From NCBI RefSeq assembly GCF_040003245.1, contig NZ_JBDUCX010000002.1, positions 1,519 through 65,518 of the forward strand: a stretch of 64,000 bases of DNA, read 5' to 3'. The notes under the pieces are model-generated. The model searched no databases. It was not told where the DNA came from and was given only the letters and a program-made list of their open reading frames with translations. Positions 49,341 to 58,466 of the stretch are shown here, piece by piece. The position numbers and the translations under genes were made by a program. Position 1 is the first letter of the stretch. Each line of letters begins with the position of its first letter. Origin of the DNA: Chthoniobacter sp. Lineage in GTDB: Bacteria > Verrucomicrobiota > Verrucomicrobiia > Chthoniobacterales > Chthoniobacteraceae.

Positions 49341-50819
49341 ATGAATACCAGCGGCCTTCTCCGAAAACACTGGTTTCACGTCTCGATGCATTTCGTGACG
49401 GACGCCCTGCTTTTCACCCTGGCGTTCGTTACGGCCATGTTTCTTCGTTTCGGCGGCGAAAGCGCCGGATCGCTTTGGGCGCATTGGCCCTTCTTCATTT
49501 TCGGCGGCATCGTCTTTTCCGCGACCATTTACATCGCCGGCCTTTACTCCACACACAGCGCCGGCCGCGGTGTCTTGGAACGCTCCCTGGTGTTGGTCGT
49601 CTGCGTGCTCCTCGCCGTCCTCATTGTCATTGGCGGCACTTACTTGAATTCCGCCCGTCCCTTGGGCCGCGGCATCATGCTGCTGGCCGCGATCACTTCC
49701 TACCTCACGGCGTTGCTCCACCACATCGTCATCGTGCACGATCTGCGCAATTCCAAGGAGCGCGTCGTCTACGTCGTCTGCAGCGCGTTCGACGAGGCGG
49801 AGACCCGCCTCTTCGCAAGCTTCGGCGGACGCAATCTGGAATTCGCCGGGGTGGTCCTCTACGGCGCCTATCGGCCGAAGAGCAATCTGCGCGTGCTGGG
49901 GACCGTCGAAGACCTCGCCGCGATCGTCCAAAAGGAGAAAATCTCCCGCGTGCTCTGCACCCACAAGAGCATGGGTGACACCACGCTCACCCGGCACTTC
50001 TGCAAACTGCGCTATTCCGGCATCTCGGTGATGCCTCTGGTTTCCCTCTGCGAGGAGATCGAGCAGTACGTCCCCCTGGAATTGATCAGCTCCGAGTGGC
50101 TGCTCAATGCCAGCGGTGAGCCCCAGCACATTTACATCAAGAAGCTCAAGCGGCTCTTCGACATTGTTTGCTCCGCGATCGGCCTCACCCTCGGCCTGCC
50201 CGCCGTGGCCCTGGCCGCCGTCGCCATCCGGCTCACTTCCCCGGGCCCGATCTTTTACCGGCAGACCCGCAGCGGCCGTTTCGGACGCGCTTTCCAGATG
50301 ACCAAGCTGCGCACCATGCACGTCAATGCCGAGAAGGACGGCGCGGTCTGGAGCGGCAAGGACGATCCGCGGGTGACGTTCGTGGGCCGCACGCTCCGCC
50401 GCTACCGCATCGATGAGATCCCGCAGCTCTGGCACGTGCTCTGTGGCCACATGTCCTTCGTCGGTCCGCGCCCCGAGCGCCCGGAAATCATCACCCAGCT
50501 CGCCCGCGAAGTTCCCTATTACGAAGAGCGCCTCATGGTGCAGCCGGGTCTCACCGGCTGGGCGCAGGTCAGCTATCCCTACGGCGCCTCCGCCCTCGAT
50601 TCCCGGCGCAAGCTGGAATACGACCTCTACTACATGAAACACATGAGCTTGTTCCTCGATGTGTTCATTCTCCTCGATACCGTCCGCATCATCCTCACCG
50701 GCGGCGCCCAACCGGCCACCCGCGCCATCACCGCCGACGAAACGATCCAGGAGTGGGAGCGCCTCAAGGAACAGCCCGCCCCCTCGACCAAGCCCAAGCT
50801 GGAACTCGAAACGGCGTAG
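49341..50819 (+). CDS. Priming polyprenyl-phosphate glycosylphosphotransferase (WcaJ/EpsB-like)
   Basis: Four N-terminal TMs; KRLFDI, KLRTM, DPRVT.VG..LRRYRIDEIPQLW, MSFVGPRPE, PGLTGWAQV, DLYY. Confidence 0.93.
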   Translation: MNTSGLLRKHWFHVSMHFVTDALLFTLAFVTAMFLRFGGESAGSLWAHWPFFIFGGIVFSATIYIAGLYSTHSAGRGVLERSLVLVVCVLLAVLIVIGGTYLNSARPLGRGIMLLAAITSYLTALLHHIVIVHDLRNSKERVVYVVCSAFDEAETRLFASFGGRNLEFAGVVLYGAYRPKSNLRVLGTVEDLAAIVQKEKISRVLCTHKSMGDTTLTRHFCKLRYSGISVMPLVSLCEEIEQYVPLELISSEWLLNASGEPQHIYIKKLKRLFDIVCSAIGLTLGLPAVALAAVAIRLTSPGPIFYRQTRSGRFGRAFQMTKLRTMHVNAEKDGAVWSGKDDPRVTFVGRTLRRYRIDEIPQLWHVLCGHMSFVGPRPERPEIITQLAREVPYYEERLMVQPGLTGWAQVSYPYGASALDSRRKLEYDLYYMKHMSLFLDVFILLDTVRIILTGGAQPATRAITADETIQEWERLKEQPAPSTKPKLELETA

Positions 50820-50910
50820 GGTTGGCCTGAACTTAGGAAACTGAGGACTTCGGTGGGGCCGCAGGCAGTGCCTTTAGGGATTGTCCCACAGAAAGCGCGC
50901 GCCCGAGGGC

Positions 50911-50996
50911 GGTGTAATCCTGAAATCTTGTAATCCTGTAATCCTGTCTAAAAAGGGGAGACAGGATTGACCAGATTATCAGGATTTCAGGATTAC
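50911..50996. repeat. Imperfect palindrome built from AATCCTG units (REP-like)
   Basis: GTAATCCTGAAATCTTGTAATCCTGTAATCCTGTCT...AGACAGGATTGACCAGATTATCAGGATTTCAGGATTAC; a degenerate relative lies at about 63195-63285. Confidence 0.8.
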
Positions 50997-51064
50997 GCGC
51001 ACCCACCTGCGATGATAGTTCCCGAACGCCAGGAGGGGAAGCCAGCAGCGCCGCTGAAGTTCTC

Positions 51065-51556
51065 TCAACGCGAGCCAGGGCTCACGGCGCGCTCGATATC
51101 TGCGATGACGATTTTTTTCATCTCGAACATCGCGCGCATGGCGTTGGCGGCGATCGTGCGATCCTCGCCGGAGATCAATTCCAGCAACCGGGCGGGGGTG
51201 ATCTGCCAGGCCAATCCAAACCGGTCGATCAACCAACCGCAGGGACGTTCTTCGCCGCCCTCGGTGAGCTTGCTCCAGAGCTCATCGATTTCGCCTTGGG
51301 TTTCGCATTCGACGAGGAGCGAGATCGCGTCGGTAAACTGGTTATCCGACCCCGCGTTCATGGCATAGAATTGCTGACCAGCCAGCTCGAAGGTGACGAG
51401 CATGACCGTCCCGGCGCGGTCGGGAACGGCGTCCGGGTAGCGGGTGATGGCGACGATGCGGCTGTTGGCAAACAGGGAGGTGTAGAAGCGGGCGGCTTCT
51501 TCGGCCTGGGTCTCGAACCAGAGGAACGTGGTGATTTTTTGGCGGAGCTGGATCAT
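51065..51556 (-). CDS. VOC/PhnB-like protein (3-demethylubiquinone-9 3-methyltransferase family)
   Basis: Start re-called to ATG 51556; QKITTFLWF..QAEEAA.FY.SLF, AISLLV.CETQ.EID..W..L, CGWLIDRFGLAWQI. Confidence 0.88.
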   Translation of the reverse strand: MIQLRQKITTFLWFETQAEEAARFYTSLFANSRIVAITRYPDAVPDRAGTVMLVTFELAGQQFYAMNAGSDNQFTDAISLLVECETQGEIDELWSKLTEGGEERPCGWLIDRFGLAWQITPARLLELISGEDRTIAANAMRAMFEMKKIVIADIERAVSPGSR

Positions 51557-51710
51557 TTTCGTTTCGGTTTTCGCATGGGAGGAGATGGATGCGTGCGGTT
51601 CAGATCCGGGCATGGAAACCCCGTACCTGTTTAGCCGAGCGCAGAGAAGAAGTCCAAGCCAGCCCAAGCACGGCAGCGCCTACGCCCTGCTGCTCCTTCC
51701 GCCATTCCAT

Positions 51711-52220
51711 CCATTTTGAGGCCGCAAAGTGAGATTTTCCGCAATGGAGCCCATAGAGCCAATGGAGCAATGCACTTTTTTCGCCGAGTCATGCCACACT
51801 TCCCCGCATGAACACCGAGGACTTTCCACCACGCCCCCCACCACCAGGCCGCCCACTTCCCAGCGACTATGTAGGAATCAGGAAAGCAGGAGCCGAGACT
51901 TGGCGAACCGCAGATGATGCCAGGGCGGAGGCGTGCAGCCCGATGCCGAAGGCATCCCAGCGCCCATAGCCGGTGGTTGAGCGAAGCGACACCACCGGAA
52001 AGGATGCGGCAAAACGGCTCACCCCAAGGGGATGGCAGCCCTTGTTCAATTCAAGCCGAATCAAGGTAAATCAAGGCAATCAAGGTGCGAAAAAATGGGC
52101 AGCAGTACTGGACAACCGCGCTCGAGGGCCGACGTACGTCAAGAGGTCCCGTGGGCGAAGAAAAGGAGCCGTTTTAAGGTGCCTTAAGCCCTCTTAAGCC
52201 AATTTAAGGTGCGAGTTTTT
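51711..52220 (+). repeat. Modular non-coding element, copy A
   Basis: Co-linear with the reverse complement of 63047-63869; includes a 43-bp block with 1 mismatch (52173-52215 vs 63055-63097) and a 25-bp identical block TCAAGCCGAATCAAGGTAAATCAAG. Confidence 0.88.
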
Positions 52221-52253
52221 AAAAAACAGCGGTCTTGGACCCTTGAATACTGC

Positions 52254-53318
52254 CTAGCCGACCGTCTCCCCCGCGGACCCGAAGGCCTGCGTGATCCAGC
52301 GGCGCATCTGCTTCGCCGGGCGGATGTGCTCGAGATAGTACGCATGGTTCGCCCGCGACATCGCCCGCGCTTCCTCGTCGTTTTCCAGAAGACGCACACA
52401 ATGCACCACACATTGCTCCGGCGTCTCATACTCCCGGTAATTGCGCGGCGCGGTAAATGGCTCGACCAAGGTATGGCGAAATCCGGAAGCCACGATGCAC
52501 ATCGAAGCCGCCGTGTACTCACCCAGCTTCCAGGCCATGGCGTGATGCAGGCCCTTCGTATAAATTCCCACCCGGCACGTCTGCATCGTCTTCAAATATG
52601 CGGAACGCCGGGTGTCCCAATGGCAGACGACATCGGGATACTTCTCGCGCGCGAAGGGCGTCGGCACGGCTCCACCCACGAAGCGTTCCCCCAGTTCCTT
52701 GCGCAAGGCGCGCACCACCCCCACGCGCTCCTCGTTGATCTCCGGGGCAAACGGCGCGCCGGTCACTTCCGACTCCATCCACAGCCGCGTCTGGAGCAGA
52801 ACGCGCGGCGGCAGATCGTGGTCCGGCGGTCGCTCAAAATCGCGAGTGACCGGCAGCCGCAAATAATCGCTCAAATGACGCAGGCTCTCCTTCGCCCGCT
52901 TCGGTCGCTGGCTCGCGTAGCGCACCCAACCCGCGAGCAGCGACAGCATGCCCCGGCGATTGCCGGGTCCGAAGATGGGGCCGAATGGCGAGACCTTGCA
53001 GCGCGCTTCGGGCTCCAGCTTGGCGACATCCGGTGGGTAGTGGCTGCGCTTGAAATACACGTCACTGGCGCGCAGTTCCGCTGCACTGAAAAGGTAACTG
53101 CGGTCGTGAATATCGAAGCACACCCGGAGCCGCGCACCGTCCGCGATGCGCTCGATTTCAGTGACGATCGTGTACTCCTCGACCTGGCTGCGCGCGTCCC
53201 ACGACAGCTCGATCTCCCCGGCTTGCGCCAGCTCGAGGAACGCGGTGTAGAGGTAGAAGACCTGCGTCGATTCCAGCAGCGGCAGCAGCGACGCCGAGAC
53301 GCGATAGGCGGCAGCCAT
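52254..53318 (-). CDS. Hypothetical protein with GT-B-like C-terminal region
   Basis: Start re-called to ATG 53318; DVYFKRS, YL..MQ.CRVGI...GLH...WKLGEY resemble Glyco_trans_1_2-type proteins. Confidence 0.55.
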   Translation of the reverse strand: MAAAYRVSASLLPLLESTQVFYLYTAFLELAQAGEIELSWDARSQVEEYTIVTEIERIADGARLRVCFDIHDRSYLFSAAELRASDVYFKRSHYPPDVAKLEPEARCKVSPFGPIFGPGNRRGMLSLLAGWVRYASQRPKRAKESLRHLSDYLRLPVTRDFERPPDHDLPPRVLLQTRLWMESEVTGAPFAPEINEERVGVVRALRKELGERFVGGAVPTPFAREKYPDVVCHWDTRRSAYLKTMQTCRVGIYTKGLHHAMAWKLGEYTAASMCIVASGFRHTLVEPFTAPRNYREYETPEQCVVHCVRLLENDEEARAMSRANHAYYLEHIRPAKQMRRWITQAFGSAGETVG

Positions 53319-53322
53319 CCCG

Positions 53323-54423
53323 CTAGTAGATTTCCACCGGCGAGCGCTTGCCGTCCTCGGGGCTGCGCTGCCCCGCCGCCTCCGCGCCGAGCACCGCCAC
53401 GCGCAAGTCCAACACTTCCGCATCGCGACGCGCAAATTCGGCTTCGCTCCACGCATCGGGCGGCGACTGCTTCGCCTTGAATTTCGCGACGTTCTCCAGC
53501 GCCCGGTCCAGGTCCGCCGCCGGCAGGCCCGCCAGGTAGCCATGCGCCTCCTCGACCACGGCCACCCGGTGGCAGATCATCGCCAGGTCATTGCCCGCCG
53601 TGATAGCCAGCCGGATCGTCTCCTCGAGCCCGTAGTGATTCAGGATCGCCCCCATGTCGAGGTCGTCCGTCATCACCAATCCTTGGAAGCCCTGCTCGCC
53701 ACGGAGCAGGTCGGTGATCACCCGGCGCGACAGCGAGGACGGCGTCTTCGAGCTTTCCAGCGCGGGATAAAAGCCGTGGCCGATCATCATCGAGTCGACT
53801 TTGTCCGCAAAATGCCGGAAGACGGCCAGTTCGTGGGTCTCGAGCTCCTCGCGGCTCAAGGCAATCTCCGGCAATTCGTGGTGGGCATCCAGCGGGGCGC
53901 GCGAGTAGCCGGGGAAATGTTTGCCGCAGCTCAGGATGCCGCCGGCGCGCAGGGCGTCGTTGAAGGCCCCGGCGTTGCGATTGACTTGGGCGACGTCGTT
54001 GCCATAGCAGCGGCCGCGCAGGGAATTGTCCGCCTCGTCGTCGAACGAAATGTCCAGCACCGGGCACAGGTCGAGGTTGAAGCCGAAGATACGCAACAGC
54101 CGGGCGGTGATCGTGCCGTGGCGGGCGATCAGGCTGAGGTCGTTCTTGTCACGCAGGTCGTTGGCATTCGGCGGCTCGTTGCCCACGAGTTTCAGGCGCG
54201 AGACGCGGCCGCCTTCCTGGTCGATGGTGATGATCGGCTCGACCACCGAAAGGTCGCGCAGGTCATCGATCAGCTTGCGCAACTGGCCAGCCGTCTTGAT
54301 GTTGCGTCCGAAAAGAATGTATCCACCGGGCTGCAACTTGCGAAACTGCGCAGCGGTGGCGGCATCGAGTTCCGGGCCGGGGACGCCGGTGAGGAGTAAT
54401 TGACCAAGGGAAGATCGTTCCAT
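53323..54423 (-). CDS. nagZ: Beta-N-acetylhexosaminidase (GH3)
   Basis: ILFGRN, IDQEGGRVSR, CPVLD, CGKHFPGY, MTDDLDM, D.HHELP. Confidence 0.88.
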   Translation of the reverse strand: MERSSLGQLLLTGVPGPELDAATAAQFRKLQPGGYILFGRNIKTAGQLRKLIDDLRDLSVVEPIITIDQEGGRVSRLKLVGNEPPNANDLRDKNDLSLIARHGTITARLLRIFGFNLDLCPVLDISFDDEADNSLRGRCYGNDVAQVNRNAGAFNDALRAGGILSCGKHFPGYSRAPLDAHHELPEIALSREELETHELAVFRHFADKVDSMMIGHGFYPALESSKTPSSLSRRVITDLLRGEQGFQGLVMTDDLDMGAILNHYGLEETIRLAITAGNDLAMICHRVAVVEEAHGYLAGLPAADLDRALENVAKFKAKQSPPDAWSEAEFARRDAEVLDLRVAVLGAEAAGQRSPEDGKRSPVEIY

Positions 54424-54498
54424 ATAGCCAGCGCAGCGTAGCGATTCAGCAAAGCAAACCTACTTTTTTTCGCGGAAGAATCGAAATTCGAACATCCC

Positions 54499-55077
54499 AT
54501 GCGTCTCGCCCTTTACGGAGGAACTTTTGACCCGGTGCACCACGGGCACCTCGTTCTGGCGCGCGATGCCCTCGAGGAGCTCCAGCTCGACCGCGTCATC
54601 TTCATCCCCGCCGGCCTCTCCCCCCACAAGCTTGCCACCTCTCCCGCCCCGGCTGCCCTGCGCCGCGAGATGCTCGCCGCCGCCCTCGCCGATGAACCCG
54701 GTTTTACTCTGGATGACTCGGAACTGAACGCCACCGGCCCCAGCTTCACAATCGATACCGTGGAACGCGTCCGCGGCATTCATCCCGAGGCGCAAATCTA
54801 CTACCTGATCGGCGCCGACAACCTCCGCGAACTGCACACCTGGCGCCGCATCGAAGACCTGCGCCGCCTCGTCGAATTCGTCGTTTTCGGCCGCGGCGAT
54901 GCTGCCGCAAAAGGCACTGCGCCCTTCCGTACGCTCTCGCGCCGGATCGATATCTCCGCGACAGAAGTCCGCCAACGGGTTGCACGCGGGGATTCCATCC
55001 GCTATCTCGTTCCGGAGCCCGTGCGCTCCCTTATCGCCGCCCATCACCTTTACCAGGACCCGCCCCATCAAATCTGA
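54499..55077 (+). CDS. nadD: Nicotinate-nucleotide adenylyltransferase
   Basis: GGTFDPVHHGH, SPHK, SFTIDT, IGAD, ISATEVR. Confidence 0.95.
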   Translation: MRLALYGGTFDPVHHGHLVLARDALEELQLDRVIFIPAGLSPHKLATSPAPAALRREMLAAALADEPGFTLDDSELNATGPSFTIDTVERVRGIHPEAQIYYLIGADNLRELHTWRRIEDLRRLVEFVVFGRGDAAAKGTAPFRTLSRRIDISATEVRQRVARGDSIRYLVPEPVRSLIAAHHLYQDPPHQI

Positions 55078-55414
55078 CTCCCTCGCCCGCCTCTGCGCCA
55101 AGATCATCGCCGAGAAAAAAGCCGAAGACATCGTCGCCATCGACCTCCGTGGTATTTCCACTTTCACGGATTTCTTCGTCATTTGTTCCGGCACCTCCGA
55201 GCCGCACCTCAAAGCCATCGCCGGCGAATTGCGCGATCGCTTGAAAGAAGACCACGACATCAAGCCCTTCGCCGTGGACGGCTTCCCGACCAGCCAATGG
55301 ATCGTCGCCGACTACTCCGGCGTGATCGTGCACATCTTCCACCACGAGAAGCGTTCCTTCTACAGCCTCGAGGACCTGTGGAGCGACGCTCCCCGGCTCA
55401 AGCTCAAGGTGTGA
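55067..55414 (+). CDS. rsfS: Ribosome silencing factor (start codon uncertain)
   Basis: EKKAEDIVAIDL, DFFVICSG.S..H.KAI, WIVADYSGVIVHIF...RSFYSLEDLW; follows nadD. Confidence 0.9.
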   Translation: MKSDSLARLCAKIIAEKKAEDIVAIDLRGISTFTDFFVICSGTSEPHLKAIAGELRDRLKEDHDIKPFAVDGFPTSQWIVADYSGVIVHIFHHEKRSFYSLEDLWSDAPRLKLKV

Positions 55415-55596
55415 GCTACCTCGTCGAAACTGAAGTCGGCTGCCCGTGGTGCGGCGAGTATTTCCCGACGACCGTCGACACCTCGCAGGGCGACTACAAC
55501 ACCATCGAGGACTGCAACGTCTGCTGCCGCCCCATCTCGCTCACCATCACCTGCGAGCCGGGCGAACTGACGGACGTGCAGGCGGAGCGGGCCTGA
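55411..55596 (+). CDS. CPXCG-motif cysteine-rich small protein
   Basis: GTGA overlap with the rsfS stop; CPWCGE...EDCNVCCRPI. Confidence 0.85.
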   Translation: MSYLVETEVGCPWCGEYFPTTVDTSQGDYNTIEDCNVCCRPISLTITCEPGELTDVQAERA

Positions 55597-55694
55597 TTCT
55601 GGAATCGCGGAGCGAGCGAGGCGTGGCAAACGTCGCCCCGCGACGCATGAACCTAACTTTACCGAACCCGACGAGGTTCTGCAGGGATACCCAC

Positions 55695-57158
55695 ATGAGA
55701 TCGCCCCTCCCCACTTTCGCGGCTCGCCTGTCGATTCTGCTCTCGGCGGTTCTTTTGACGGCCCAAGCCCTGCAGGCCGCGGAACGCCTGCCTAACGTGA
55801 TCCTCATCGTCGCGGATGATCTCGGCTATGCGGATGTCGGCGTGTACGGCGCGCAGGGGTTTGCGACGCCGAACTTCGACCGGCTCGCGCAGGAGGGGCG
55901 GCGCTTCACGGACTTCCACGTCGCGCAGGCGGTATGCTCGGCGTCGCGCGCGGCCATCATGACGGGTTGTTATCCCAATCGCATCGGCATCGAGGGCGCG
56001 ATGGAGCCGTGGTATAAATTCGGTATCAACGAGCACGAGCTGACGATGCCCCAGATGTTCCAGCAAAAGGGCTACGCGACGGGCATGGTGGGCAAATGGC
56101 ACCTCGGCACACCGACGGAATTCCTGCCCACGCACCGCGGGTTCGACGAGTGGTTCGGCCTGCCCTACTCGAACGATCAATGGCCGTTGCACCCGGAGAA
56201 GCCCGGGAAATTCCCACCGTTGCCACTCTACGATGGCGACAAGATCGTCAATCCCGGCATCAGCCATCGCGACATGGAGCAGCTCACGACGCAATACACG
56301 GAGCGGGCGGTGAGCTTCATCGACCGCAACCACGACAAGCCCTTCTTTCTCTACGTCGCGCAGACCATGCCGCACGTGCCGCTGGCCGTGAGCGAAAAGT
56401 TCCGCGGCACAACGAAGCGCGGCCTCTACGGCGATGCGGTCGAGGAAATCGACTGGAGCACCGGCGAGATCCTGACGGCGCTGAAAAAGCATGGCCTGGA
56501 AAAGGACACCATCATCATCTTCCTCTCCGACAACGGCCCGTGGCTCATCTTTGGGAACCACGCCGGCTCGGCGTATCCGCTGCGCGAAGGCAAAACGACG
56601 ACGTGGGACGGCGGCACGCGCGTGCCGTTCATCATTTCGTGGCCGGGACACATCCCCGCCGGCACCACGTGCGACGAGATGGCCTGCGCGATCGATCTGC
56701 TGCCGGCCCTGGCGAAGCTCATCAGCGCCAAGTTACCCGACCACAAGATCGATGGCCTCGACATCTGGCCCCTGCTGGCCGGGGACAAGGACGCCAGGAA
56801 TCCGCACGAGGCCTATTTCTTCTACGGCGTTCCGTTTGGCAGTTGGAGCGGGGCGGAACTCGAATCCGTGCGCTTGCGCGAGTGGAAGCTCATCCTGCCG
56901 CACACCTTCCGCACGCTCGGCGGCCACAAGCCCGGCATGGACGGCTGGCCCGCCGAGTATGTGAAGCAACCCATCCTCGAGCCGGAACTCTACGACATGC
57001 GCAACGACATCGAGGAAAAGCACGACGTCGCCGGGCAGCACCGGGAAATCGTGAAACACCTGCTCGACCTGGCCGAGCAATGCCGCATCGACTTGGGCGA
57101 CACCACGCTCAACCGCAAAGGAATGGGCGTGCGCGCACCGGGCGGGGTCAAGGACTGA
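55695..57158 (+). CDS. Arylsulfatase A-like sulfatase (formylglycine type)
   Basis: Signal peptide; PNVILIVADDLGY, CSASRAAIMTG, GKWHLG, PHVP, SDNGP, GGTRVP; start re-called to ATG 55695. Confidence 0.92.
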   Translation: MRSPLPTFAARLSILLSAVLLTAQALQAAERLPNVILIVADDLGYADVGVYGAQGFATPNFDRLAQEGRRFTDFHVAQAVCSASRAAIMTGCYPNRIGIEGAMEPWYKFGINEHELTMPQMFQQKGYATGMVGKWHLGTPTEFLPTHRGFDEWFGLPYSNDQWPLHPEKPGKFPPLPLYDGDKIVNPGISHRDMEQLTTQYTERAVSFIDRNHDKPFFLYVAQTMPHVPLAVSEKFRGTTKRGLYGDAVEEIDWSTGEILTALKKHGLEKDTIIIFLSDNGPWLIFGNHAGSAYPLREGKTTTWDGGTRVPFIISWPGHIPAGTTCDEMACAIDLLPALAKLISAKLPDHKIDGLDIWPLLAGDKDARNPHEAYFFYGVPFGSWSGAELESVRLREWKLILPHTFRTLGGHKPGMDGWPAEYVKQPILEPELYDMRNDIEEKHDVAGQHREIVKHLLDLAEQCRIDLGDTTLNRKGMGVRAPGGVKD

Positions 57159-57230
57159 TCGCATCGCCAGCAGAACGGGATGTTCCGCATTGCATCCGCC
57201 GCTCATCTCCGCATCGTCGTCGACCACCTC

Positions 57231-58466
57231 ATGCGCATCGAAGTCCTCAATACCGGTACGGAACTGCTCCTCGGCAGCGTGCTCAACACCCACCTGCAGT
57301 TTCTCGCCCAGGCATTGTTCCCACTCGGCTTGCGCATCGAGCGCCAGGTGACCGTGCCCGATGGCGACGCCATCCGCGTGGCGGTCGCCGAAACCTTCGG
57401 CCGCGCCGAGGTGGTGCTGATCACCGGCGGGCTGGGCCCGACCACGGATGACATCACCCGCGAGGCGGTCGCCGAGTTGCTGGGCCTCGAACTGATCCAT
57501 GATGAAACGGTCATGGCCGCCATCGAACGGCGCTTCGCCCGGCGCAATCTGACCATGAGCGCGCGCAATGCCCGGCAAGCGCAGCGCCCCGCGGAGGCCA
57601 TCGTCCTCCACAATCCTAACGGCACCGCCCCAGGGCTCTACCTGGCGGCGCGCCCGCACGGGACGATCACCACGCCGCACCTTTTCCTGCTGCCCGGTCC
57701 GCCGCGCGAATTGCAGCCCATGGTCACCGATCAAGTGCTGCTGTTGCTGGCCAAGCTGCTGCCGGCGCGCCCGGCGGTCGAGATGCGCGTCGCGCGCATT
57801 GCCGGCCTCGGCGAATCGGCCGTGGAGGAATTGGTCGGGGGACCGCTGCTCGCCCTGGGCCTCGAGCTGGGCTATTGCGCGCGTCCCGGCGAGGTGGATC
57901 TGCGCACCATCGGCTCGCCCGCGATCCTCGATCAAGCCGGGCGGATCATTGCCGAAAAGCTCGGCCCCCACATCGTTTCCCATGATCAACGCCCCCTGGA
58001 AAAAGTGCTCGTCGATCTGCTCACCGAGCGCGGCGAGACCCTCGCCTGTGCGGAATCCTGCACCGGCGGATTTCTCGCGCACCGCATCACCAACGTGCCA
58101 GGAGCCTCGGCTGTCTTCCTCGGCGGTTACGTCACCTACGCCAACGCGGTCAAGACGAGCGCGCTCGGGGTCGATGCGGGGCTCATCGAAGCCCACGGGG
58201 CCGTGAGTGAGCCCGTCGCCGTCGCCATGGCGGAAGGCGCCCGCCAAAAGGCCGGTGCGGACTACGCGCTCTCCACGACGGGCATTGCCGGCCCAGACGG
58301 AGGAAGCGAGGAAAAGCCCGTGGGCACCGTCTTCATCGCCCTGGCCGGGAAAATGGGTGCGACCCTCGTCGAGCGAAACCGCTTTCCCACCGATCGCCAG
58401 ACCTTCAAGGATCTCGTGAGCCTCACCGCCTTTGAACTCCTCCGCCGCCAGCTTACTGCTCGATGA
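57231..58466 (+). CDS. cinA: CinA (MoCF-like domain plus PncC NMN deamidase domain)
   Basis: MRIEVLNTGTELLLG, TGGLGPT.DDITRE, NGTAPG, LPGPPREL, AESCTGG, STTGIAGP.GG; start re-called to ATG 57231. Confidence 0.93.
   Translation: MRIEVLNTGTELLLGSVLNTHLQFLAQALFPLGLRIERQVTVPDGDAIRVAVAETFGRAEVVLITGGLGPTTDDITREAVAELLGLELIHDETVMAAIERRFARRNLTMSARNARQAQRPAEAIVLHNPNGTAPGLYLAARPHGTITTPHLFLLPGPPRELQPMVTDQVLLLLAKLLPARPAVEMRVARIAGLGESAVEELVGGPLLALGLELGYCARPGEVDLRTIGSPAILDQAGRIIAEKLGPHIVSHDQRPLEKVLVDLLTERGETLACAESCTGGFLAHRITNVPGASAVFLGGYVTYANAVKTSALGVDAGLIEAHGAVSEPVAVAMAEGARQKAGADYALSTTGIAGPDGGSEEKPVGTVFIALAGKMGATLVERNRFPTDRQTFKDLVSLTAFELLRRQLTAR

Noticed and set aside
53319-53543. N-terminal extension of ORF 52254-53543
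   Set aside because: Overlaps the 3' end of nagZ in another frame and is Arg-rich nonsense; the start was moved to 53318
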